Source of the DNA: Eubacteriales bacterium
Lineage (GTDB): Bacteria; Bacillota; Clostridia; Oscillospirales; CAG-272
Assembly (NCBI GenBank): GCA_045586845.1
Contig: JAZNBB010000022.1
Location: forward strand, 10,382-74,381
Length of the DNA: 64,000 bases
Direction: 5' to 3'
The stretch's first letter is position 1; each line of letters opens with the position of its first letter. The notes under the pieces were generated by a model that did not search any database, was not told where the DNA came from, and saw only the letters and a list, made by a program, of their open reading frames with translations. This document shows, piece by piece, positions 28,290-36,876 of the stretch. A program made the translations under genes and the position numbers.

Positions 28290-28583
28290 ATGATTACAAG
28301 TAAGCAAAGAGCATACCTGCGCAGCCTTGCCACCGACCTGCCCACCATTATGCAGATCGGCAAGGGGGGGCTTGGAGATAATATGCTCAAAACCTTTTCG
28401 GACGCGCTTGAGGCTAAGGAGCTGATCAAGCTGGGCGTTCTTGACAACTGTGAATACACTCCCCGCGATATTGCGGATGCGCTTGGCGAGGCGCTGGGTG
28501 CTGAGGTTTGCGGCGTGATCGGCAGAAAGATCATTCTGTACCGCCGTTCCGAGAAAAAGAAAAATCGCATTGAGCTGCCCTGA
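28290..28583 (+). CDS. yhbY: YhbY-family (CRM domain) RNA-binding ribosome assembly protein
   Basis: SKQRAYLRSLA...IMQIGKGG...ELIKL...GRKIILYR is the typical YhbY pattern. The ATG at 28290 is 7 nt after acggag. Confidence 0.8.
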   Translation: MITSKQRAYLRSLATDLPTIMQIGKGGLGDNMLKTFSDALEAKELIKLGVLDNCEYTPRDIADALGEALGAEVCGVIGRKIILYRRSEKKKNRIELP

Positions 28584-28584
28584 T

Positions 28585-29187
28585 ATGCTGCGCATTGGAA
28601 TTTACGGAGGTACATTTTCACCCGTACACAGAGGGCACGTAGCGGCGGCACGGGCGTTTATGGAGCAGATGTGGTTGGACATGCTGTACGTCATTCCCAC
28701 GGGAACAACGCCGCATAAGCAAATGGACGGCGAGGTCACCGCGGCACAAAGACTGCATATGTGCGAGCTTGCGTTTGAAGGCATGGAGGGCGTGATCGTC
28801 AGCGATCTGGAAATGCGCCGAGAGGGAAAAAGCTATACGGTGGATACGCTGGGGGCACTTTCCGGAGAGGACAGACGGCTGTTCTTGCTCATGGGCACGG
28901 ATATGATGCTGACGCTGGGACAATGGCGCGACCCCGCGCGCATTTTCGAGCTTTGCTATCCCGTGTACGTGCGCCGCGAGAGCGATAGCGCTTTGGACGA
29001 ACAGATCGTGCAAAAGATTACGGAATACAATCAAAAATACGGCAAGGTGGTGCGCAGGATCGTGGCCGATCCTATTGAGGTCAGCTCGACCGAGATTCGA
29101 AACGCCATCAGAACGGGGCAGGGAATCGAGCACCTCGTACCCACTCGTGTTGCCGCATATATCAAGGAAAACGGATTATACCAATGA
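28585..29187 (+). CDS. nadD: Nicotinate-nucleotide adenylyltransferase
   Basis: GGTFSPVHRGH (HxGH) and a SSTEIR-like motif (VSSTEIRN). Confidence 0.9.
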   Translation: MLRIGIYGGTFSPVHRGHVAAARAFMEQMWLDMLYVIPTGTTPHKQMDGEVTAAQRLHMCELAFEGMEGVIVSDLEMRREGKSYTVDTLGALSGEDRRLFLLMGTDMMLTLGQWRDPARIFELCYPVYVRRESDSALDEQIVQKITEYNQKYGKVVRRIVADPIEVSSTEIRNAIRTGQGIEHLVPTRVAAYIKENGLYQ

Positions 29188-29828
29188 ATAACGAACAAGC
29201 TATCCTACAACTGCGCGAACACGTGACTGCGAATATGTCACCCAAGCGCGCGCGTCACACGCTGGCTGTTGAACAAATGGCGGCAAGGCTTGCGGCGCTG
29301 TACTGTCCCGAAAAGGAGCAGATATTGCGCGTGGCGGCATTGCTCCACGATGTCACAAAGGAATGGAGCACCGAGGAACACATGGCGTTTCTCTCGGCGC
29401 ACGGCGTCGCGCCCACCGCACTTGACGCAGCAGCACCCAAAACGCTGCACGCAAGAACGGCTGCGCTGCTCATCCCCGAGCAGTATGCGGCGTATGCAGA
29501 CGACCAGGTAATCTCGGCTGTGCGCTATCACACCACGGGCAGAGAAGATATGACCTTGACCGAGCAGATCGTGTATCTTGCCGACTATATCGACGACTCG
29601 CGCACCTTTCCCGATTGTGTCAAACTGCGTAACACTTTTTGGGACGCAACCCCGGAGGGCATGACGCAGAGCGAGCGCGAAATGCATCTTTTACGCGTGC
29701 TGGTGCAGTCGTTTGACATGACAATCACAGGTCTGTTAGAGGACGGTGCCCCTGTCAGCCCGGATACGTTTTTGGCAAGAAACAGTCTGATTATGAAACA
29801 GAATATTGAAAACCAAACCGAAAATTGA
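29184..29828 (+). CDS. yqeK: HD-domain protein YqeK (bis(5'-nucleosyl)-tetraphosphatase-like)
   Basis: HD motif (LLHDVTKE), RYHTTG. ATGA overlap with nadD. Conserved nadD-yqeK-rsfS order. Confidence 0.85.
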   Translation: MNNEQAILQLREHVTANMSPKRARHTLAVEQMAARLAALYCPEKEQILRVAALLHDVTKEWSTEEHMAFLSAHGVAPTALDAAAPKTLHARTAALLIPEQYAAYADDQVISAVRYHTTGREDMTLTEQIVYLADYIDDSRTFPDCVKLRNTFWDATPEGMTQSEREMHLLRVLVQSFDMTITGLLEDGAPVSPDTFLARNSLIMKQNIENQTEN

Positions 29829-29842
29829 AAGGAATATACACT

Positions 29843-30217
29843 ATGGAAGAGATCCTGAATACCGAAAACCAAGCAAAGAAGCCCTCTCTGAGCGGTGCGA
29901 CACCTCTGCAGTTAGCAGAGGCGATTGCCGAAATTTTGGATGATCACAGAGGCAAGGACATCAAGATTGTTGAGCTTAAGGAAAAGACCGACATTGCGGA
30001 ATATTTCGTGCTGGCAAACGGTACCTCGTCCACGCACGTCAAGGCGCTTGCTGCCGAGGTGGAGTTTAAGATGGAGGAGAGAGATGTCAAGGCGGAGAGC
30101 GTTGAGGGCAGGGGCAACAACTCCTGGATCGTTCTGGACTACAGCTACGTGATCGTGCACGTGTTCTCCCGCGAGGCAAGAGAGTTTTACGATCTGGACA
30201 GACTGTACGGCAACTGA
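29843..30217 (+). CDS. rsfS: Ribosome silencing factor RsfS
   Basis: DIAEYFVLANGTSSTHVKALA and WIVLDYSYVIVHVF motifs. The start may instead be the TTG at 29825. Confidence 0.85.
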   Translation: MEEILNTENQAKKPSLSGATPLQLAEAIAEILDDHRGKDIKIVELKEKTDIAEYFVLANGTSSTHVKALAAEVEFKMEERDVKAESVEGRGNNSWIVLDYSYVIVHVFSREAREFYDLDRLYGN

Positions 30218-30313
30218 TTTTTGAAAAATACAAAAATTTCGTAAAAAGCGAAACCAAATTCGTTTTTTTCTGTCTGTATGAGTGAACCCCCGAAAAGACA
30301 GGAGGACGCGTAT

Positions 30314-31879
30314 ATGACGAAAATGAGAAAAACTATCACGGGCATAGCGGCGGGCGCAATGGCATTTTTGATGCTTTGCGTCTTTGCAGCTGTGCCTGTT
30401 TCCGCTAACTCAGCACAATCCTATTGGGAGGGTGTGAGCGGGTCAGAAGTGCTGACCACGGACGGAGAATGTCCCTTGGTGGTCGAGCACGAAACGCTGA
30501 CCTTTGATATTGCGGATTTTCCAAGTCCACACGGTAGTATCGAGGCGTACGGTGCCAGCGTGACGGCAGAATATACCTTTTACAATCCAAGTGATATGAC
30601 GGTGATGGCAAATCTGCTGTTTCCGTTTGGGGTCAACCCCTATTATGCCGAGCATTACGATCCTGAAAAGGGAGAATACATCGCGCCCGACAATGTTTCC
30701 AAATACGGTGCGCAGGTGGACGGAACGGCGGTAGAGACGGTCGTGCGCCACAGCTATTGGGATGGTTCGCTCTACAATTTCAACCCTGCCAAAGAAATGG
30801 CAACGCTGTATGACGATTACCGCACCGATGCCTTTTTGACCTACGAGTTGCCTGTGCACGTATACACGTACCGTGCCGAAGGCGTTGATCATCAAGCCTA
30901 CCGTGCCGCAGACGCCGCTACATATATCGGGGATCTGCCCGACGATACGCGCGTGATGCTGCAGAATGCGACCAGGTGGTTCTCCGGAGATGAGGGTGGC
31001 TGGCTTGGCACGTCTGCCTCGTATTCCGAGATCGTGTTTTACGTGTTTGGCAGGGATATTGGCGAGGTGCAGTGGACGGTCTTTGAAAACGGAGGTTTGG
31101 AGCAAGAGATCGAGGGCAGCGTCAAGCTCATTGATAAGCAAAGCACCACCTTTGGCTCTCTTGCCATGCAATTCTACGATCCCGCATCGGGCGTGGCGGC
31201 GCACGACTGGTTCAACGCCGTTGTTGCGCAGCTTGAGGGCTCAGCAAGATTGGAGGGCGGTCTGTATAGCAGCATGTGTGCAAATTGGGATATTTCAAAG
31301 GATTTGCTGCAATGGTATGAGTACAAGATCACGCTCGCGCCGGGCAAGCGGCTGACCAATACGGTCACAGCCCCGCTGTATCCGAACATTGACGGGGATT
31401 TTGTGCCGCATGTTTATTCGTACGAGTATTTTCTCACACCCGCCTCGCTTTGGAAAGAGTTTGGTACGTTGGATATCTATATCAACACGCCGTATTTCAT
31501 GATCAACGAGCGAAAAGGGGAGTACAGCATTGCACCCGACGAATGGGTAAGGACAGATGCCGGCTATGAGCTGCATCTGGACGGATTGCCCACAGAAGAT
31601 CTTGTGTTTTCTCTGTGTGAGTCGGAAGCACCCAAAAGAGAAATGACCGCATGGACGTGGCTTGGCATCTTTTTGATAGCGATTGTGATCGTGTTTGGTT
31701 TGGCGGGCTTGATCGCGGTAGCTCTGTTGATACTTTGCGCTCTGATGCCCATTGTCGGCGTGATCATAGCGGGGTTGTTAGCTGTGATCAGCATCGTGGG
31801 CTTGATCGTTTGGATTGTGCAAAAGCGAAAAAAAGCAAGGCAGGCTCAGGACACAGCAGATCATGAAAAAAACGAATGA
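30314..31879 (+). CDS. Hypothetical secreted protein with a C-terminal multi-TM anchor
   Basis: RBS aggagg 9 nt before the ATG at 30314. Signal peptide ending VPVSA-NS, a ~440-aa extracytoplasmic region with no recognised motif, a ~60-aa hydrophobic C-terminal stretch (2-3 TM helices), then KRKKARQ. Confidence 0.65.
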   Translation: MTKMRKTITGIAAGAMAFLMLCVFAAVPVSANSAQSYWEGVSGSEVLTTDGECPLVVEHETLTFDIADFPSPHGSIEAYGASVTAEYTFYNPSDMTVMANLLFPFGVNPYYAEHYDPEKGEYIAPDNVSKYGAQVDGTAVETVVRHSYWDGSLYNFNPAKEMATLYDDYRTDAFLTYELPVHVYTYRAEGVDHQAYRAADAATYIGDLPDDTRVMLQNATRWFSGDEGGWLGTSASYSEIVFYVFGRDIGEVQWTVFENGGLEQEIEGSVKLIDKQSTTFGSLAMQFYDPASGVAAHDWFNAVVAQLEGSARLEGGLYSSMCANWDISKDLLQWYEYKITLAPGKRLTNTVTAPLYPNIDGDFVPHVYSYEYFLTPASLWKEFGTLDIYINTPYFMINERKGEYSIAPDEWVRTDAGYELHLDGLPTEDLVFSLCESEAPKREMTAWTWLGIFLIAIVIVFGLAGLIAVALLILCALMPIVGVIIAGLLAVISIVGLIVWIVQKRKKARQAQDTADHEKNE

Positions 31880-31886
31880 TTTTTAA

Positions 31887-31912
31887 GGGCGACCCCGCGG
31901 TCGCCCTTTTTT
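31887..31912 (+). terminator. Rho-independent terminator
   Basis: GGGCGACC, loop CCGC, GGTCGCCC, followed by TTTTTT. Confidence 0.8.
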
Positions 31913-31925
31913 GATGCGCCATCCC

Positions 31926-31954
31926 TTGACACACACGCATTTGTATGATACAAT
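31926..31954 (+). promoter_or_regulatory. sigma-A promoter of the first SBP-like lipoprotein gene
   Basis: TTGACA (31926-31931), 17-nt spacer, extended -10 TGaTACAAT (31946-31954). Confidence 0.65.
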
Positions 31955-31999
31955 ATAATGGATTATTTTCCAAGTACCAATGAAAAGAGGAGACTGACT

Positions 32000-33472
32000 A
32001 TGAAAAAGCTGACCATATGGCTGTTGCTGGCGGGTATGCTGCTTTCTGCTCTTGCAGGCTGCGCGCAAGAATCCGACAAGCAAGACAGTGGAACAACTGA
32101 CACACCCGGGCAGGAAGAGGATTATTGGATGAATCCCGACCTCAAGCCGGATAAGGTGGATCTGAAACTCGAGGGAACCGAAGTAGTGATCTTATCGTAC
32201 AACCAGTACGATATCGGTCCCGAAGAGAATTCCTCCGACCCGCTTGAGGATGCTGTTTACAGACGTGACGACAAACTGCAGAATGAGCTTGGTATCAAGT
32301 TCAACAACACATATCAACCTGATTTTTCGCTGATCTCGGAGGCCGTCAAGAACGACATGGCTGCAGGTACGGGCGAGTATCACATTGTATATCAACACAT
32401 GATCGATGCTTCTCGTGCGCTGGCACCGGGGGGGTATTTGTACAACCTGACCGACCTTGATTATGTGGATTTTGACAGAGAGTGGTGGGATCAGGACTGC
32501 AAAAAGGGCTTTATGATCGGCGATAGCATGATGATGGTGTGCGGCGATCTTTTGCCCTCCAGTATGTTGATCACCGCATCGGTGCTGTTCAATAAGAATT
32601 TGTTTGAGACAAACGGCTGGGAGTTTCCCTATGACGATGCAAGAGACGGAAATTGGACCTTGGATGATATGCTGGAGCTGACCAAGGATCAGACCAAGGA
32701 TCTCAACGGTGACGGCTCGATGATTTATTCCGATGACTTTTTCGGTGTGACCTCATGGGCTGCGGATGCCGATTTCAATTTGTTCTACGGCGCCGGTGCC
32801 ACCATGTTTTCCTATGATGAGAACCATTTGCCCGTGTTTGATCCCGACACCGACAGACTGCAGAAGATCTACGATAAGGTCTATGAACTGCTGATCACAC
32901 AAAACGCCTTCCACGTGATATGGGCACAGTATGAAAAGGATCCGAGTATGTATACTGCCACCATTGACGTGTTCCGTGATGGCAGAGCGCTGTTCTTCCC
33001 GACCTACCTGTCCGTGACTACTTTTTTGCGCGATATGGTGGACGATTACGGTATTCTGCCCAATCCCAAATACGATGAATCTCAGGAGGATTATCTGGGC
33101 TTTGTAAACGGCAGTGCCAGTATGGCTTGCGTGCCCAATAGCCTGAGCGAAGAGAATCTCGCAATTGCGGGTTATATGCTGGAGGCACTGACATCCTCGT
33201 CCTATCATATGACGACTGATACGCTGTACGAGGTGGTCGCCAAGTCCAAGAATGCGCGTGACCCCGAATCTGCTGAAATGGTGGATATCATCATTCGTCA
33301 TAAGGTATTTGACTTTGGCTATTCTCATTTTTCAAATGGGGATTGGCCCTGTTGCAACGTCGCGCAGACAGCGCTGCAGAGCAATCAAACCTCTATTGTC
33401 AGGGATATTACAAACTCTGCAAAGAAAACCCGAAAAGAAGTTGATAGGATCGTTGAGGCTTACGGCTACTAA
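32000..33472 (+). CDS. Solute-binding-protein-fold lipoprotein, paralog 1 (large LplA/YtcQ-like family-1 SBP)
   Basis: RBS aagaggag. Signal peptide with lipobox LAGC. Shared blocks SSDPLEDAVYRR, GTGEYH, WWDQDCK, GDLLPS, DLNGDG, DYGILPNPKYDE, VNGSAS, IIRHKVFDFGY. Confidence 0.7.
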   Translation: MKKLTIWLLLAGMLLSALAGCAQESDKQDSGTTDTPGQEEDYWMNPDLKPDKVDLKLEGTEVVILSYNQYDIGPEENSSDPLEDAVYRRDDKLQNELGIKFNNTYQPDFSLISEAVKNDMAAGTGEYHIVYQHMIDASRALAPGGYLYNLTDLDYVDFDREWWDQDCKKGFMIGDSMMMVCGDLLPSSMLITASVLFNKNLFETNGWEFPYDDARDGNWTLDDMLELTKDQTKDLNGDGSMIYSDDFFGVTSWAADADFNLFYGAGATMFSYDENHLPVFDPDTDRLQKIYDKVYELLITQNAFHVIWAQYEKDPSMYTATIDVFRDGRALFFPTYLSVTTFLRDMVDDYGILPNPKYDESQEDYLGFVNGSASMACVPNSLSEENLAIAGYMLEALTSSSYHMTTDTLYEVVAKSKNARDPESAEMVDIIIRHKVFDFGYSHFSNGDWPCCNVAQTALQSNQTSIVRDITNSAKKTRKEVDRIVEAYGY

Positions 33473-33515
33473 GAGACACAGCCTGCATTTTGTTGAATTT
33501 TGATGGGAGATTATT

Positions 33516-35108
33516 ATGCAAGGAATTTACCGAAGTTCAGCTGTTGTTTTGATTTTTGTTTTACTTTTTTCCATGGTTTCCTGCGACTTTGGCAGCCTTG
33601 GCGGCGGCGGATTGGTCGGGGAGCTGTTAGGCTCTGCACAGGATATTTGGGATCCCGATGATCAAGGCAATGGGTCTGATGAGTATTTGACGGATATTGA
33701 ACAGACGTTTGGTCCTTCCGAGGAAGAGCCGACGCAGGACGTTACGGTCGAAGTTGATCATTGGGTCAGCCCCTATCTGCCCGATGTGGATCTTATGGGC
33801 ACCGAGATCAATATTCTCCTTGATTACGCAGATGATGTAGGATTGGAAGAGGCATCCTCTGATCCCCTCGAGGATGCCATCTACAGAAGAAACATCATGA
33901 TCGAGGAGCAGTACGGTGTTGAACTGAATTGGCATATCGAGCAGGATTACATACAAGCGAGAGAGAGGATCAAAAATGATTTTTCCAATGGTGCAGGGGA
34001 GTATCACTTCGCTTTTCATCACATGGTGGACAGCACAGCCAATCTGGCGCTGAGCGGTTGTTTGGTCAACCTGCTCAACGTAGATTATGTTGATTTCAGC
34101 CAAGCATGGTGGGATCAGGACAACTTGAACGGCTTCAGAGTCGGGGATCAGATGTTAATGGCAAGCGGAGATCTTTTACCCTCTACTACGCTGTTGTCTT
34201 CCGCGATCTTCTTTAACAAGAATTTGTTTGACGAGCGTTCTTGGGAATATCCGTACAGTGATGCGGCATCGGGCAGTTGGACCCTGGACGATATGCTGAT
34301 GTTGACCGAGGATCAGGCAATGGATCTCAACGGTGACGGAAAAATGAATTACGCAGAGGATTTCTACGGTTTTGTCGCCTGGTCTTTGGATTGCGATTAC
34401 GGTTTGGCAGGCGGTGCGGGAATGACCATGTTTGAATATGATGGCGATCATCTGCCCGTATACAATGCAAATACCGATAAACTGCAATCGATTTATGATA
34501 AGATTTACAGCCTGGTCGCTTCTCGGGATACATTTCACGTGACTATTGATGACTATCTACTGAATGATGATATGCCTCAAGAACCGTGCAACGTGTTTGC
34601 ATCCGGCAGAGCCTTGTTCTTTGCAAGTTATTTGCGTGAAACGGAAAACCTCCGTTTTAAGATGGAGGACGATTACGGTATTTTGCCTATGCCCAAGTAT
34701 GATGAAGCGCAAGAGCAGTACCGTACCTTTATCAACGGTTCTGCGTCTGTTTTGATCATTCCCAAAAGCGTGAATGATGAACAACTGGACGTTGCAGGTT
34801 ATATGATTGAAGTATTGGCATCCTCCTCTTATTACAATGTCACTAAGACAGCCTTGTATCAAAAACTCGAAAAGTCCCGTACTTTACAGGACTCTGAGAT
34901 GGCAAGGATGGTTGATCTGATCATTCGTCATAAGGTGTTTGATTTCGGCTACACGCACTTTTATATGGACAGCATGGCTTGCGCGACTGTCGTTCAGACC
35001 TCTTTGAACAGTGATAGCCCCTCCATCATCAAGAGCATCACCAAGGACGAACTGAGAACCCTGAAAACTTTGAAGAAGATCTACGAGACTTACGGATACG
35101 ATTACTGA
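33516..35108 (+). CDS. Solute-binding-protein-fold lipoprotein, paralog 2
   Basis: 43 nt after paralog 1 with no terminator, so probably co-transcribed. Lipobox-like MVSC. Carries the same conserved blocks (SSDPLEDAIYRR, GEYH, WWDQD, GDLLPS, DLNGDG, DYGILPMPKYDE, IIRHKVFDFGY). Confidence 0.7.
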   Translation: MQGIYRSSAVVLIFVLLFSMVSCDFGSLGGGGLVGELLGSAQDIWDPDDQGNGSDEYLTDIEQTFGPSEEEPTQDVTVEVDHWVSPYLPDVDLMGTEINILLDYADDVGLEEASSDPLEDAIYRRNIMIEEQYGVELNWHIEQDYIQARERIKNDFSNGAGEYHFAFHHMVDSTANLALSGCLVNLLNVDYVDFSQAWWDQDNLNGFRVGDQMLMASGDLLPSTTLLSSAIFFNKNLFDERSWEYPYSDAASGSWTLDDMLMLTEDQAMDLNGDGKMNYAEDFYGFVAWSLDCDYGLAGGAGMTMFEYDGDHLPVYNANTDKLQSIYDKIYSLVASRDTFHVTIDDYLLNDDMPQEPCNVFASGRALFFASYLRETENLRFKMEDDYGILPMPKYDEAQEQYRTFINGSASVLIIPKSVNDEQLDVAGYMIEVLASSSYYNVTKTALYQKLEKSRTLQDSEMARMVDLIIRHKVFDFGYTHFYMDSMACATVVQTSLNSDSPSIIKSITKDELRTLKTLKKIYETYGYDY

Positions 35109-35119
35109 TGATATACAGA

Positions 35120-35156
35120 GAAGGGGCTGCCCGATCGGGAAGTCCCTTCATCTTTT
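35120..35156 (+). terminator. Probable terminator after paralog 2
   Basis: GAAGGG (35120-35125) pairs with CCCTTC (35144-35149), enclosing an inner CCC/GGG stem. Followed by ATCTTTT. Confidence 0.5.
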
Positions 35157-35209
35157 GTGGAGGTATCGTATTGGTGCAACATGCACAAAAACAGTATGAT
35201 TTTTTCGAC

Positions 35210-35238
35210 TTGACAAACGTTGGGAAATGTGTTACAAT
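35210..35238 (+). promoter_or_regulatory. sigma-A promoter of paralog 3
   Basis: TTGACA (35210-35215), 17-nt spacer, extended -10 TGtTACAAT (35230-35238). Confidence 0.65.
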
Positions 35239-35280
35239 AAGCATGTATGAAAATTTTTATATGAAAGAAGGAACATACTT

Positions 35281-36744
35281 ATGTACAAAAAGCTCTTAGT
35301 TTTGCTTTTGTGCGGCGTGATGCTGATCGGTATGCTTGCCTCTTGTGTTGATGCTAATCCGGATGAGGGCTCTTCCGAATCAAACGAGGAAGAAACCAAC
35401 TGGGTCAGCCCCGACCTTGAGTTCAGCGATGCTTACAAGGGCCAGGAATTGGTCATTCTCACACAGAATGACACCGATATCGGCCCCGAGGAAAACTCCT
35501 CCGACCCGCTTGAGGACGCTGTTTACAGAAGAAACGACATGATCGAAAGCTACTATGGCGTTGAAATCAATGGCGTTTTGGTCGAGAGTTATGAAGAACT
35601 CGGCGAAACCGTCAAGAGAGACGTGACCGCGGGTACCGGTGAGTACCACATCGTTTACCAGCACATGGTAAACAGTGCTACCACCCTTGCACAGGGCGGC
35701 AACCTCTACAAGCTCAATGAGCTTGAGCACGTCAACTTCGACCAGCCTTGGTGGGACCAGGACTGCAAGAACGGCTTTATGATCGGCGACAGCATGCTGC
35801 TCGTATGCGGCGACCTGCTGCCCAGCACCATGATGATCACGGCTGCAGTTATCTTTAACAAGGACCTGTTTGACGAGTACGGCATCGAGTACCCCTACGA
35901 TGATGCAAGAGAAGGCACATGGACCATCGACGATATGCTTGAGATCACCAAGGATCAGACCAAGGATCTCAACGGTGACGGTGGTGTGGATTACCAGAAC
36001 GACTTTTATGGTCTTGTCGGTTGGTCGTTGGACTGCGACTATAACTTCTTCTTTGGCGCAGGCTGCACGCTGTTCAGCTATGACGAGGAACACCTGCCCG
36101 TTTATGATGCCGACACCGACAGATTGCAGACCGTTTACGATAAGATCTATAAGCTGATCGTAACCCAGCAATCTTTCCACGTAACCGTTAACGAGTACCT
36201 TGCAAACGCAGGTATGGTCTCCGAGCCCAGCAACGTATTCAAGGCAGGCAGAGCATTGATGTATGCAAGCTACCTGTCCGGTGCAGTCGGTCTGCGTGAT
36301 ATGGAGAAGGATTACGGTATTCTGCCCCAGCCCAAGTACGATGAAACGCAGGAAGATTACCTGAGCTTTGTAAACGGTTCCGCATCGGTTGTAGTCGTTC
36401 CCAAGAGCCTTACCACAGAGAATCTGGATATGGCAGGCTATATGATGGAGGTTCTGGCTTCTTCCTCTTATTACACGGTAACCGATACCCTGTATGAAAA
36501 GGTAGCAAAGTCCAAGACCGCACGTGACCCCGAATCCGCAGAGATGGTGGATATCATCATCCGTCACAAGGTATTCGATTTCGGTTATACCCACTTCCAT
36601 AATGATGGCTTGGCTTGCGCGAGCATCATTCAGACCGCTTTGAACAGCAAGAGCCCCTCTATTGTCAAGACCATTACCCAGGACAAAACTCGTACCGAGA
36701 AAGCTTTGAAGAAGGTCTACGAAGCCTACGGCTACGAATATTGA
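35281..36744 (+). CDS. Solute-binding-protein-fold lipoprotein, paralog 3
   Basis: Lipobox LASC. Closest to paralog 1, sharing an identical 35-nt stretch (35947-35981 = 32681-32715). Uses more G/C-ending codons than the other paralogs. Confidence 0.7.
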   Translation: MYKKLLVLLLCGVMLIGMLASCVDANPDEGSSESNEEETNWVSPDLEFSDAYKGQELVILTQNDTDIGPEENSSDPLEDAVYRRNDMIESYYGVEINGVLVESYEELGETVKRDVTAGTGEYHIVYQHMVNSATTLAQGGNLYKLNELEHVNFDQPWWDQDCKNGFMIGDSMLLVCGDLLPSTMMITAAVIFNKDLFDEYGIEYPYDDAREGTWTIDDMLEITKDQTKDLNGDGGVDYQNDFYGLVGWSLDCDYNFFFGAGCTLFSYDEEHLPVYDADTDRLQTVYDKIYKLIVTQQSFHVTVNEYLANAGMVSEPSNVFKAGRALMYASYLSGAVGLRDMEKDYGILPQPKYDETQEDYLSFVNGSASVVVVPKSLTTENLDMAGYMMEVLASSSYYTVTDTLYEKVAKSKTARDPESAEMVDIIIRHKVFDFGYTHFHNDGLACASIIQTALNSKSPSIVKTITQDKTRTEKALKKVYEAYGYEY

Positions 36745-36764
36745 TCTCTGATCAAAAAATATTT

Positions 36765-36792
36765 AGGGCTGCCCACATGGGCAGCCCTTTTT
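36765..36792 (+). terminator. Rho-independent terminator after paralog 3
   Basis: AGGGCTGCCC, loop ACAT, GGGCAGCCCT, followed by TTTT. Confidence 0.8.
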
Positions 36793-36814
36793 GTGCTTGC
36801 GCTTGACCAAAGTA

Positions 36815-36844
36815 TTGACAAAGTGTCCACATATGTGCTAAAAT
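36815..36844 (+). promoter_or_regulatory. sigma-A promoter of paralog 4
   Basis: TTGACA (36815-36820), 18-nt spacer, extended -10 TGcTAAAAT (36836-36844). Confidence 0.6.
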
Positions 36845-36876
36845 AAAAACAGAAGTCCCGAAGGGAGGATCATATC

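Noticed and set aside
31958-31999. Upstream ATG at 31958 for SBP paralog 1. The same applies to upstream starts for rpmI (14685), ftsY (26741), nadD (28570), glyQS (62375), trmH (15455) and spoIIIAC (44573).
   Set aside because: The upstream starts lack an RBS or fall within promoter -10 regions or preceding genes. The internal ATGs have good Shine-Dalgarno spacing and give canonical N-termini or signal peptides.
32701-32740. The DLNGDG(S/G/K)xxxxD loops in the SBP paralogs resemble dockerin or EF-hand calcium loops.
   Set aside because: There is a single loop per protein, embedded in the SBP fold, not the duplicated 22-residue dockerin module. Such Ca-loop-like segments are common in large family-1 SBPs.
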